Source: Sarea resinae
Taxonomy: Eukaryota
DNA: 64,000 bases
Reading direction: 5' to 3'
Assembly: GCA_026026165.1 (NCBI GenBank)
Contig: JAPEUD010000034.1
Span: 1-64,000, forward strand
The notes under the pieces: generated by a model
Told to the model about the DNA's origin: nothing
Databases searched by the model: none
The model's input: only the letters and a program-made list of their open reading frames with translations
Made by a program: the position numbers and the translations under genes
Shown: piece after piece, positions 12,039-24,800 of the stretch
How the letters are laid out: the number at the start of each line of letters is the position of its first letter
How positions within the stretch are numbered: the stretch's first letter is position 1

Positions 12039-12318
12039 GGGCGAAGATCTGCATGGAATGACCATACCGGCGTCGATCAAGGCTAGGAGCGTCTTCTCTT
12101 AATACTCCACTTCCTCTGTGGTATACAGGCTCGCCGAAGCGGCGTTAGGTTTAGCCAAAGCGTAAGTGGAAATTCGATAAGTCTGTAGCTGGCATCTCTC
12201 GGATGTTCTTGACAAACAGGTCTTTTCACGTGTAGAAGAGCCTTGCAGCTCGGTCCTTTTCTCTGTCGGTGTTGGCTTTGACCCCAGTCATCCCTGGATT
12301 TTGGTCCACCCATTCCTT
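12039..12318 (-). mobile_element. Degenerate Ty3/gypsy-like pol fragment (region just before the RT core)
   Basis: RLFYT*KDLFVKNIREMPATDL/(frameshift)/STYALAKP...LYTTEEVEY*EKTLLALIDAGMVIPCRSSP resembles the gypsy 'DLF..MP.TDL..E..L...G.I.P..SP' pattern; the stops are TGA and TAA where TGG and CAA would fit. Confidence 0.6.
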
Positions 12319-12658
12319 TGATAACAACGATTAGGTGAGTAATAACACAGATCGGTACCTTTCAGGTTGATAGGTAAGGTACTGGGATCACTAGCGCTGC
12401 AAGGTCGAAATGGTCCAATTCGGTAGATTAATTGCCGCTGCTAACGTAAAGTACGGCTTGATATCAGAATAGCTTGATGTCAGGCTCATTATTTCAAATG
12501 ACGCTGACGTTGTCATTAGGGGTAACATGATTATGATTCATACAATCCAGGCTGACGAACGGATACCCTTAATCACCAGGTTAGTCACAGAAATTCATAC
12601 CACAGGAAACTGGACAGCTGCATACTGATACAGTGCACAAAGACATTGTGTTGATGCA

Positions 12659-12790
12659 AGTAGTTGATGATTTCAGGCAGACGGAAAACTAGGTATTATT
12701 GAGTCGGACATTTCAGGCTGAGTAGTTGATGGTTTCGGGGTAGAAATTCTAGGTATTATTGAGTCGAACATTTCGGGCTGACGAACAGGT
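12659..12790. repeat. Tandem duplication of a ~60-nt unit (2 copies, partial third near 12550)
   Basis: AGTAGTTGAT...CTAGGTATTATTGAGTCG.ACATTTC.GGCTG twice; minus strand reads QPEMFDSIIPRISTPKPSTT-QPEMSDSIIP. Confidence 0.85.
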
Positions 12791-15700
12791 ACCCTATCTC
12801 ATAGTGAGTAGAGTGCCAATTGAACGCTGTCAGTAAACGATATTGAACGGTCATGTCTATAAATTCTGCTTGCACCTTCAAATCAGGCAGTACTAGTAAG
12901 ACATTGATGTTGCGAATGAGTCCTAAGTATATAGACTTACGAAGAACGAAGAAGCTGACTGTCTATTAGTTCTGGCAACAGAGCTAATAGGCAGCCAAGT
13001 CTTCAGAAAAGAACAAGCAAAAGGCGCGTTGCGCTCTCTGTTCATGTCTGAGCTGGAGCGGAAGAGTATGATCAGCAATTCGGCCAGGATTGTCCGTACC
13101 ATTGTTCGATACGGTCTTGAGGGCCTTATAGTCAGTGTCAATCTTAGTGGGATGTGTACTTGCTATAATCAGCTGCCAAACCTCTGTGAAACATTGAAAA
13201 ACATATATCAAACAGATAGAAGCCATTTTCGTCGCATATAACAGTCGTGAAGCTTGGGTAAGGCAGATGATTTGCAGTGCTTGCATCGATGAGACCGGGA
13301 AGACAAACGACTTCGTGCTGAATCGTCGTAATGGTTCGATTCTGGCCATGTTGCCACTTCTTCCTTCCTACAGGCTTTGAGGGCCAAGAAAGAAGTGCTA
13401 TTCACCACGTGTATTCGTGGGGTCCGCACAGATGATATTCGCTTTCCAGACCGTGCTTCAACTGTTCGTGAAGGCATCCTTCCTGACCGCTTTGCTTGAG
13501 ATTCTAGCCTTGTGTTAGTGCGTCTTGAATTCTCGAAGATGCTCATGGTAGGCCAGACTGTAATCAGTCAAGGCGTTATGGACACCGGGCAGCGTTGGGT
13601 CAATCCATTCTAATTCAGTGCACGTTTGTGTTACTGAGACCCACTGTGTCTTTAGAGACCCATACTTAAGGTTGAAAAACAGCGGAAACCCTGATAGTCG
13701 TGGTCTGAAAAAGAAAGTAAGATAGAAATGTTGCAGTGAGAAGATTCAGGAGAAGTTTCCTTTTTTGGTCTATACTTCTATGAGTCATACTTGTCTCTTT
13801 TTTTCACCTAATTCTATTTTGTCGGAGATTGTGTTAAAGCTGAAGTATTCTTTAGCTGTAGCTTAGTATAGTAATAACGTTTAGAGGCCACAAGAATGAT
13901 GTATTAGACGTAGCTTTCGTTCTGCTGTCGATACCAATTATTATGGAACAAATTCTTAACCTTATAAATGCCGATTGTTTTAGACATCTTTCCTTAGCTT
14001 ATGATTAGTGGCGATAGTATATAATATCTCTCTCAACTGTGTATAAAGGTGCTGGACTTCTTTAACCCCTTGCTGAATAGGTGTTATAGGTATTAATCCT
14101 GACAGAGGAGATGCGTCATGCAGAGAAGAAAGCATTACCTGCTGCGCAGTGGAGCTTAGTAGTGTTCTTAACAAGCGAGTGCATGGTTTCCTTACAATTT
14201 ATACCTTTTGGCCCTTCGGCTGTGATCAGTCTCTTGCTCCCTTCAAGCATTGACGTCTTTCCCCTCCACGGTAGGCGATTCTTCCCTTGAATGATAATTC
14301 GACCTAGGTAGGGTCCTGTGATTCTAAAATCTCTTCGAGCCCCGGCGGCAAGAACCAGCGGCGTGTCATCGGTCTCTCTGGTTTTGTCTTTGAAGTACTC
14401 TGTGAGGGAGGCCTCTAAATTTTCGATCTATGGCCACAGTGACCATGTTGAAGTCCCCTAGGATTACCTTTATTCGCACCCTAAAATTTGTATCTCGGCA
14501 AATATCCTACCAAACTTATCAGGACTGTCACTGCTGCAATAGTGTCAATACTTTGGTTTCAAAATCATTTCGAGAGATTCATCAACCTAATGCATCAGCT
14601 TTTAGCTTTTGATAGTATACTAGTGGATAGGGTTGACGTTATGCACTGCTCAGAGGGCGCCTCCCATATTCTGTAGGAGTTGAGTCCCTACTGCCTATTA
14701 ATCATTCACCTGGATTATCACTCAAGCATCTCCTATGTCAGCGAATACTTGATTTGCGAATTCTCATTCATTTGGATTGTGAATGAATGCCTTGGCCTTC
14801 ACTGACATGGCGTTTTTCAACTTGCCACCCATGTTGTCAATCTTCTTTGTCACTCTACTTTTCACAATCTCTTTGTCCTTTAGCGTCTGTAGCGTAGCGG
14901 TATTATCCTTGACTTGTTTGCCTTTCTTTTCGATAGTAGCTGTAGGGGTCACTTGGTTCTTTTCGCCGAGCTCTATATTATTCGTTAAAGCTATGACCTT
15001 ATATAACGATTAAGATAATGCCTTACTCTCTGTACTTAGTCTCCTTAACATCTTTATCCGTGATCTTCTTTTAGCGGCCACCTCTTCTTAGTTGGTCCTT
15101 AGTCCCTAGGATATCATGTTAGAACTATCAAGGGCAAACATTTTAATAGTACCGCTTACTTCCTAGGCTTCTAGAAGGAAGTCCACTCTCTTAGAGTTCT
15201 CTCTTTTCTCTCTTGTGTAGGCTTTGTTGATTATACTATAGATATGTATGACCGCCTCTAGCTGATAGCTTTTTCTTGTAGAGATTCCACTAGAGTTAGT
15301 TGAGGCGGATCGTGGAGAGGCAGGGACTAGAGCAATGATTTTTATAAAGAGATCCTCTACCTTCGCGACGATACCATATATACTTCTTCTAATCTAGTGA
15401 CAGAGAAGCGATCGCCTTTTCTAACGTGCCACCTCGAATCAGGTTGTCGCTCTGGTTCTGGTTCAACATTAGTGGTAGAAAAATCTTCTGATATAAGCAG
15501 CATGTTTTAGCTGCAATATTTGCCAGATTAGAAGTACATTCTTCGCTAGGCTCTAGGTCTTTGAGGACGTCTGAACTGTCTCACGCTCTAGCTTAGGCTA
15601 TTATTGCCGCTCTCTTTCTCTTCTGCGCTGTTAAAGATTGCATCTAAGCTAAAGCTGAGAACGAGAAGGGTGACTCCTAAGGTAGAGGAGTTAGCACTCA

Positions 15701-16106
15701 AGCACGTTCATTGTATTGAATGAATCCCTGGCTGACATAACTGTCGGAGCGAGCTGTGTCTCGTTTCCTACTAGAATGAGACCTGTGACACAATCCCTTG
15801 CACAGATTTCCGGACCGCCTAGAAAAGGTCTGCCATTTCCATCTCAGTAAACTAGTAAACCCTCTCCGCACTAGCCAGCTCTCGACTGAGGAAGAAGATC
15901 AGCTGCATTTTGGCAAGGATTAAGAAACTCTTAGACTGTCTAGAGAGATGATGATCTTCGGATCGTCTGGAATTGCTTCTCTTGCACGCAATTGCGGACA
16001 GAATACAGAGTCGTCAAGCTGCGACCCGTTCAAATCTCCCTCAGCTCACTCTACAGCCCATAAGCATTCCGAGAGACATTCATCATGGCCCAAAAATGCG
16101 TGCACA

Positions 16107-16220
16107 AGGGTCCTCGACGGCTGCAGCGGAGCTGCGGTATCGTGTCTTGGGCACGGCCATGCCGAGGTCATAGAAGCCATCGTTGCGCAAGCCCAGACGA
16201 TGGCATACGCACACACGTCT
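16107..16220 (+). pseudogene. Isolated fragment of a class-III PLP-dependent aminotransferase
   Basis: RVLDGCSGAAVSCLGHGHAEVIEAIVAQAQTMAYAHTS matches the family N-terminal 'D..GGAAVS.LGHGH..V..AI..Q...L.Y' motif; nothing recognisable follows. Confidence 0.8.
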
Positions 16221-16299
16221 ATGCTATGCGCATGTTGGCCGTGTCCTTCATCTTTCGATGAACAAGATGTGATAGCTACATATCCTGAATGATATCGCG

Positions 16300-17680
16300 C
16301 TTCAGAGCCCATTCGATAGCTCGTCTACGGCCCGTCGGAAAAAAAAGCATTCCAATCGTGAAATTGCCACCATGGAGGATCTTTACCGCCTCCCACATCG
16401 CATTTTTGGTGGATAGGGATACCTTCAGCGATTCTGTAGCATCGTCTCTGTACAAACGTGAATCGTCGTCGTGGATGAGCTGGTAAGCGGCTACCCTGAT
16501 TCCCTCTTCCTTAGAGCTATCAACGAACATCTAGACTGGTTTACCAGCTTTGAAATGAGCAGCCGCTCTAGCTTTAGCTTTCTGTAGATCGTGGAAATAC
16601 TGTAGCTCCTGGTCTGTCAACGTAATGCTGAGTTTCGATGCAGAAAAATGCTGAGTTTCGTAACCGGAATCTATGAACTGGGTTCAAGTTCCCTTCCAGC
16701 TTCGTCTTTGATAACAACGATACTAGCAGCATCTTCTCCAAACTTGGTGCGGATTTCTTTGCTACTAACATTGTTGTTAATAGATATTACAACGTGGGCG
16801 TCTTTAACCACTTGCTCTCTGACTAACTTCTTATAGTAAGCAAGCTTCTTTCTATTGCCAGTCTTCTATTTATATAGAGGGATCTGCCTAAGCTTCTTAA
16901 CAAAAGAATAAAACTTAGCCTATATAGATATCTGCTTTAACAGTATCTAGACTGTTTCCGCAGAGTTTATCAGAGTCAGAGATAAGAAGGACGTCTCTAG
17001 AGACATTATTAAAGGCACAACTTACGGTGCGAGGCTTAATAGACATGCTTAGCAGCCTATAGTATTTAGCGTGCAAAGAATTCTTGAGGTTAGCAAGTAT
17101 GTCAAGCTTAATAATATTTGTCTCGAGTAAAGTCGCATGGATCCTCCTTTCTAGTGTCGACGATCGGCAGCTTTGTGTTAAAATTTGCAGCTTTCTTTGA
17201 TAGCTTGAACCTGTTCTAGGTTCTACTCTCCAAAAGAGAGCATTATGGCTATAGTTGTTATATATTCCTGCTTGATTTTAGGATTGTAGTTCGGTTAATA
17301 AACATTGCTGGCTCAGCAAGTTATTCCTGGTTTATAAGCACAGGCTACCACGCCTTTCCTGCGATATTCCTCACGCCGTGTAGACCGTGAACAGCTAAGA
17401 CTTAACGCAAGGTTCTAGCCTTATCTTCTAAGACTTCCAAGTGAACCTTAATATCTTCAGGCTTGCCTTTACCAAGGACAGTAGAAAATGCTCGCAAAGA
17501 ACTCAGCGTTTTTGCCAACGACAAGAACAAGGATATCTGCTCGATACAAGCCAAAAATGTTTGAGATAGTCATTGCAGAGCATTTAATCTCTTTTTCCTT
17601 CCCCTCAACCTTCTATTTTAGGGTCAATCAAGTATTTTCGTCGACAGCGGCAACTTGATCATCCCTCATCGGCAGACTAG
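16300..17680 (-). pseudogene. RIP-degraded superfamily-1 helicase (Upf1/DNA2/Sen1-like, AAA_11/AAA_12)
   Basis: *NLEQVQAIKES (Q-motif, ~17195-17225); VVKDAHVVISINNN...IVVIKDEAGRELEPSS*IP (Walker B region, ~16670-16810); IETQHYVDRPGATVFP (like L..QYRM.P.I..FP). Many TAA/TAG stops and frameshifts; no Walker A seen. Confidence 0.65.
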
Positions 17681-18199
17681 TTAGCATTAAAAGCATAATG
17701 AATACGATAACGTATTTGGTCCGAATTTGTAGTGGCTTTCGCTCAAAACTTCAAGCCCGTTGAGCCGCCAATCGTATAGAGCGAACACACACCATCTCCG
17801 AGGCCAAATACTAAGGTAGCACTTTGCCACTCTCAAAGAAATCCCTAGAAAATTAAACTCCTTCCGAAGGTCAGTTCTAAATGTCGCTAATAGGAAGAGC
17901 GTGGGGTAACGAAGTATAGAACGTAGATGTGAGACTCGAGAATAGATTGTCGTCCAAGTATAATTCCGGACCTCTCATTCGGTACCTTGTGTCAGGCGAC
18001 ACATAGGAGCCAGAGAACGTGATAGTCGACACGATGCTGCTTTTAGTGGAGGTGTTCAGGTCTTATCTCTTCACCTCGCCTGCCCAGAGCTTGTGAGAAT
18101 CATGCATTCCCAAGTGTACTATCGTACAGTTCTTCCGATCCTCTGGCTTGTTTGCCACTGCAATTTGCATTATATATGCTCCTGTATCCTCTTCAGCAA

Positions 18200-18800
18200 G
18201 CTTTTGAACGTGCACATATCGTCGCACCTATAGCGCGACTGTACCCAAGAAATTTAGCTTGTAAGCCCGCTGCCATGCTCCTTCACCACCTCTGCGACCA
18301 CCTGACGCATCGTCTCCCACCTGGTTTCCGACGGCATGATATGCAACAGCTTGTGAAGCTGTCGCGGCTTGAGGTGCTGATAGTGGTGCTGATCCAGCGC
18401 CGCCCAACACTCCTGCCCGCTCAGTTGATAGAGGTCGAGGCTGATCCTGATCTGGACGGTCAGAGATCGGACGAGGTGCTAGAAGAACCGCCGACAGAGG
18501 AAGCAGGCTCTGACATGTTCGCTCGACATGCAGTACACGGTTGCTTGTCGGACGAGTTGCGGGCCGACGAGTCGGCGGAACGTCACATTCACGTGGAGGA
18601 GGCTGATGACGTGCTTGCTGGCCGGGCACAGAACAATCGTCTCTGGGAGGTCCTTGACGTATTCGTCACATATCATTCCGAGTATTCTCGCCGGAAAGTC
18701 CGTGAGCGATCTGTGACGAGTTGAGATTAGCCATGGTATTTGAAGCAGAGATGCAAACTACTCACCTAGAAGACAACGATTCTTTTGATTTGTAGTCCTC
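18200..18800 (-). pseudogene. F-box-like gene with premature stops; intron 18711-18765
   Basis: GTGAGT...CTAAT...CAG intron, then SLTDFPARILGMICDEYVKDLPETIVLCPASKHV (F-box-like spacing); in-frame TAG at 18479-18481, frame continues ...CWAALDQHHYQHLKP... Confidence 0.5.
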
Positions 18801-21800
18801 CGACTCGGTGGTCGATCCGCCAGATAAGCCAACTTTGAAAAATGTCAAGAACAAGGATGAGAAAGACCTATACGGGCAACTTTGCCACACCGAAGAAGCT
18901 CTGCTTGTGTCGCAACAAACAGGTAAAAGCGTCTATCTCTTCTTGAGTTGCTGTTCGTTATGTCAGTCTTTCTTCTTTGAAATAATAGCAAAGCCGTGCA
19001 AACTTTGCTGTGTTGCCTTTGTAAGCATCCGGATTGAAATTAAATGCCGTGTCTTAATAGAAGGTCTGAACCCAGAAAGTCGTATAGATCAGTAATATAT
19101 AGACATATATAGCGGTGAATGTATAGGTATATAGTAGTAGTGAATACATTGGTCGGCCAGAGACTAAGTGAATTAGGATGCCACATTAAATGTGTAGCTT
19201 CCTGATGCTGTGACTATTGCATGCAATGATGCAACGCCATGTGGTCTGGGTTGGCCATGACTGCTTTCTGGCCGGACTCTGAGATGCGCCTAGGGACGAT
19301 CTCTCTCTTGCGTATAAAAATGCCAAGCGTCTTTTCTAAGATCTTCTGCTCGATGTTCCAATGTTAAAAATCTCGTCTGTATCAGCTGAGTGAGGAAGTG
19401 CGAGCAAGATCGTCTGCAGCTGCCATCAGTCTGCGAGTTTGCACCACTGCCCTAGCCGTTTGACTTGGAGCCTTTCACTCGAGCTGCATGTTATTTTTTC
19501 CAGGCTCTGACATTTCCTTGATCGGATTCCGCTCTCTGCGTTACTCATATAGGACTCCTTCACTTTGTACTGTTACTGCTGCTATTCCCGCTGTGGTATC
19601 TGTTTCTCATGTCGCACCCTTCAAGTGCTGCTGCTTGGCTGTCGCTACCTCCAGCTCCTGGGCGGTCCTGTCTTGGCCCTAGAGACAATCCCCCTTTTGC
19701 TGGAGACCCTTGGCCTCTTGGGAGACAGCCCGCACCTTTGCTGGGGCACCAGCGATAATAGCGAGGCATCCAGAGGGGCAGACGACGGTACGAAGTGGCT
19801 GAGGGATGACTTACTTCGAGGGCACGGCCAATTGCCGCTTCTACAACCGCTGCTCCCGCTGCAGCCGCTTCTTCGGCCGATGCTCCGTTCTTGCGGGCCC
19901 TTCCTGCTGTCTGTCCTGCTTCGATGGCCACTTGTTTGGAGGCCCCGACAGCCCTGGTGGTCGCCATCTCGAAAATGGTCCTGGTGCGGTGATGATGCAC
20001 CGACAGCTTCCGATGGTGCTGGAAGAGGCGCTCATAAGATCGGATAAAGAGAAAGCCGCCGGCCCGCCGAGCGGAGATAGTGAGCCAAAAGAATCACAAA
20101 AGAAAAAAAAAGAAACAAAAGGAGAAACAACATCATTCTGAATTGGCCATACTGGCCCACACAGCGGTGGCTTTCGTATCGCCCCTAATCGTCCTTCTAC
20201 AGTATCTGTTAGCATCTCTCTTAATCTCAAATTCTCGGTGCGGCCCAAGCCAAAACAAAGTGTGTTAGGTAGGGACAGGGTTGAGTAAACAATGAAAGAA
20301 CTAGGCAAAGAGGCATTCAGGGCAGAGAAACTTGGCAGGCCATAAAGCGAGAGCTGAACTTACATCTCTAGGAGTGGCCGCAGCCAAGCCCAAGAGGGCG
20401 GAAAGATTCAAGAGTCTCTGGCGCTCGTCACTAGCTCCAAGATGGTGCCGTAGGCCTCTGGCCACCAAGACACCTTCCTGTTCCGCCATATGCATCAGGA
20501 TCTGGTTTACCCCTCTCTGCTGTGCATGCACAGCACACACTTCTCTCTATCAATGAGCATGCAATGTCGCCAAGAACGGAGCTGGGCTCTATATCATGAC
20601 TATCATAAATCCGTCCAAACAAGAAATGCACTGGCAGATATCAATCTTCCTGATAGACGTGGCCTCCTAAACACAGCATTAGGGAATTCTTCCCTAAGGA
20701 ACTCCTGCAAAAATAGTAGAAAGCCATTCACCTCCGCAGAGGTACTCTCCTCATGAATAGAGGCCATAGTGCTCTCAAGAAAGAAGAGGATGAACAGAGG
20801 ATAGTGTCTGATAATGTAGTGAGGATTCTATGGTGAGGGTGTCTTGATGCTGCTGCTGTGGCAGGATTGCTCCAGTTGCGTCCGCTGCTGCAATTCGGGC
20901 TCGTCGCGCCGCGGCCTTATTTTGGCATAGGCCTTGCGTGCTTCCTGTAGTCATCTTGAGAATCCTTGATAAAAAGAATCAAAGAAAGTCATGCTTCAAC
21001 AGCGAGTCCGAACCAAGATGGAAAGAAGAGAACAAGAGAGATGTAATATTATCCTCAGAGCTCTTACACCGCAGACCCTCTATTCCTGGCGATTGAGGTG
21101 AACAGAGCTGGCGATCGTTGATTGAAAATCGTTCGATGTAGGGTTCGGACTTTGTGCCGCCCTCTACTTAGATATTATAATTCTTGATGAATTTTGCTTT
21201 GAGATGTTTGTTCCACTCCTGAGCCGAGAATAGAATTAGGAGGACTTAATCTTGACACTCTTAGTAGTAGAATATGAAACTATCTTGGTTGTAATTATAC
21301 CTGCATAGTGAAGCCAATCGGTAGTATACTCGCAGATTACTCAGGCGTGTGAATGCATCAGTGACTCTCGCTTTGTCTACTCTTCACCTTGTTCATAATC
21401 AGGTATACGGAATTTCCGGTTTGATTATCGCGAGTAGAGAATGCGAGACGGCTTTGCTGACAGCCGGTCTTGGTGGTTCTGGAGCGAAGTTTAGCTTCGG
21501 CCACGCGAACCAATCTACGAGCCTTGAGCATATGCGGTTTCCAATCACCCTCTGTCAATTCAATCCCTGCATTGACTTTCGCGGCACTTATTCCAGCCAA
21601 GATACGCTTCTGCATCTCTTGCTGCTGCTTTCTGAGGGGCCTCTCGCCGTCGTTGTTCAGCCCCTTGGGACTTAGCAGACGCATTTTGCTGTGTCCTCTC
21701 ATCTGTTAAGTGCTGTATAGCAGGCTCAATGTCCTCCTCCAAGAAATCAAGGTTGTCTGAAAGTGACCCTAATTTATTGATGACGTTGTTGGGATCTTTT

Positions 21801-24800
21801 TCTCGTTGACTCTTTTTTACGTTTGACCGGGAAAGTCAATCCTTCGACCATTTAGAGGGATAACAGACCAGAAACAGTTGACCCCAGATGTTGGTCATGT
21901 TCTTTCTCAACTTATCTATGAGGGCGGCCAACGAAAATGCCTCTATACGGTCTTCTTGATATAGTCGGTCTTTCCGACGAGCATGAACAACCTTTTCCGC
22001 CTTTGATCATGCCACGTCGATTTGACGGCTCTAGAAAACAACGAAGCGGCAGACCCGACGATGAGCGTATCGACATATCTCGCACATGCGGAGGGCGTCG
22101 CCTGCTTGTTGCTGTTGTTTTTGCAGTTGGCCACCTTGAGCGGGGACAATCTGCTGCTGTTGACCCTGTCGCTGTGGCTGGGCATCGCCTTGCACTTGTA
22201 GCTGTTGTTGTTCGGGTTGCTGGCCCTGCAGCTGGCAATATCTGCGCGTAATTGTGCGTTAACATTAGTGAGGGTAGCAATGTTGGCCCTCACCGCTTCC
22301 ATTTGGTTACCCCATTGAGTAAGAGCTTCCTGCAATCGTGCTTCCGTGAGCAAGTATGCAGTTTATGGCTACTATCGGCTTTTAGTGTCTTCTGTCGTCT
22401 GCTTTCTAGCTCTTTAGTACGCTTTAATGTTGAGAAAGTCTGTGTATAGTGTTGTTAATATCTTCCAGTATGTTTATTGTCAGCTCTTAGCTTGAGTACA
22501 GTTTGAAGTCCACCTGGGACAAGCATGGTGGACGCGACTTCAGATATGCATGAGAATTGGAGCCCTGTGTTCGGAAAACACAAGCAAGCCATCAACTTGG
22601 ACCAGGGTTTGTTTGCAGTTCCCGTAAGGATCGTGCTGGAGCGTTTTCAGATCCTTTCAGAAAGCGTCGTCAACTAGGCCATCCGTGATCGTGCAGGAAT
22701 GAGCCCTAGTATCCCACAACATGTTGTCAAAGATGACAGTAGCGTATAGAGATTCGCGCTTGTCGTCGCATCCGGTACGAGTCTCTGTCCGCCTGAAACC
22801 CCAAACCAGAAATTTTCGGAGGATGAGAGCATTATTTAGATCGTCGGTAGCCCGTGAGCCGAACTCATTCTGACCAATCTTCGTTTGACCTGAGCTAGTA
22901 GAGATGCTATCATATATCGATTAGACGGTTTAGACATAGTGAAAAAAGAGTACCGGTACTCAGCGATGTCTATCAATGCCCTTGAGAGAAAAAAGATTAG
23001 TCGACAGGTTATATGCTCAGGCCAAAACAAGTACTCTTCTTCGCTCTCAAGGCCCCTTTGCTGAGGGATTTTCAAAGTTCGTGTTCGATGATAAAGGTAC
23101 TATCGGGAGATATATCATCTCTAAGCTTTTATGATTTAGCTTGTGCACCCTCTCGATATAGAACTACCCTAGTAGCTCGCAGCGATTTAGAAGACGCACT
23201 CCTGCGTCTGCGATATTCTTGTTCGCATCTAATAAAGGACGCGCTCGTTGAGTCTGATTATTCGCATAGACTGAGCGGAACAGCCTCTCCAAAAAGACAA
23301 CATGCGCGCTGGCTTCGGTGGTCTTTTCAATAGGGATGTCAGCTATATCGCCTTATTGATTTTATCCAAGGGCAAAGACGCGCTAGGAAATCCGGTGAAG
23401 GCGTTTGCATAGTGATGTCTGCGACTTTTGAGACAACACCATATTTCCTGCCTAGGTCGTACGTCTCGGTCTCCGGTCCGCGTCCTCGGAATTTTCTTAT
23501 ATTTTTCATCCTCCGCGACCCCAGCAGCATCCCCGTCCTTGTCAACTCGGACGCCCCATAGCTTTCCCAGCGTACTCCTGGCCTTGGCATCTCGGTCGGA
23601 TATCGGGTCGTCGAAGACGATCTCAACGAGCACGGTTTCTCGAAGCCCTTCGAATGCGGCCAGATCTTTGATATCGTCTTCGACAATGGCCGCCACTCTG
23701 GCCGTAATGGGAAGGCCTTCCTCCACACGTACGACGAGTTGGAGGGAAGTGGGATCGTTGGCTGCCTAAGTATCCAATTCGCAGACTTCTTGCATGATAG
23801 GAGAGAAATTATATCCCGAGGAATCTTCTCCACACCCCCTGGTATTTCATTCCTTGATCTTCCACATTGGTCCCTAGATGCGTGGGACGCCGAGAAGGTC
23901 AACGGTCATTATTTATATGCCGGAGTGTCTGATCTTTCCTTTTGTTGCGGTGCGTTCTTGGCACACACCTTCCGTCCTGAAGACCATCTTTGTAGCCACC
24001 GCCAGCAGTAAGGCTTAGAGATTGTGTAGAATAGCATTCACTTCCCTCGCCAGACTATATCCTGTAAGTTTTGTAGTGTGGACTGAGGAAGCCATGATGT
24101 AGAGAAAAGTAGTAGTAGTAGTGAGTTCTAGCTAGGTGCAGTATCAGAACGCAGTCCCAGAGAGTGATTTAATAAGAGCAGTGAGAGAGAAGAGCCAGGA
24201 ACAGGAGATGATATCCGAATATAGAGCTAATATTTTAGAGCGAAAGACTCGTGTTATTTAGAAGGATTAGGTTCATAGAGATTAATACACTGCGATCTCA
24301 GAGTGTAAATAAAAATACTGCGAGGCGAAAAATCTCTGCCTTAGGATAGAGATCAACCGTAGTCAGCAGTCTGCTGTTGCTTCTAAAACTCAAACAAATG
24401 CTCTAGCATATAGCGTCGAAAGGTCTTCGTCTGGGGGAAATCACAAGAGCAAGACATATGACCTCGCGAACCTCAAAGGCAAAGTGATCTTTGTCGTCAG
24501 CACGGCCTCTAGTTCTTCTCCCCTGACTCGGACTGCGATAATGAACATCCGTCCAAGTGGAGATGAGAAAGGAAGAGACGCAGCGAAGGAGGCCATGAGT
24601 GGTGAGAAACTGTTGACATCCAGAGCTTTTGCTAGCTCAGCTCCAGCGTTCCCTTTAATCCTCTTCAATGTTGATATTAACTCACATCAATGTTATATAG
24701 CAGTATCCATTCCATTACCACCTCAGGTATCATGTCCCGAATTCGAGACCAGCGACTAAGTGAGCAGCTACCGCAGCAAGCACCAAATGCGGCCATGAAC

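Noticed and set aside
12659..12790. CRISPR-like repeat-spacer array
   Set aside because: Eukaryotic context, only two contiguous units, no unique spacers or cas genes.
14440..14660. LINE endonuclease remnant (VHNVNP ... ILGDFN on the minus strand)
   Set aside because: Motifs are short, in different frames, and lack the following HHxxW; could be chance.
15577..15790. Solo LTR bounded by TGTCTCAC...GTGACA
   Set aside because: No second copy in the window and no matching target-site duplication.
18152..18724. 190-aa plus-strand ORF
   Set aside because: Non-ATG start; better explained as the antisense shadow of the F-box-like pseudogene.
21943..22450. Gag/ORF1-like coiled-coil fragment
   Set aside because: No zinc knuckle or adjacent pol motif; cannot be assigned.
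24459..24500. Short-chain dehydrogenase N-terminus (DLANLKGKVIFV)
   Set aside because: Only ~12 residues and the TGxxxGIG motif is absent.
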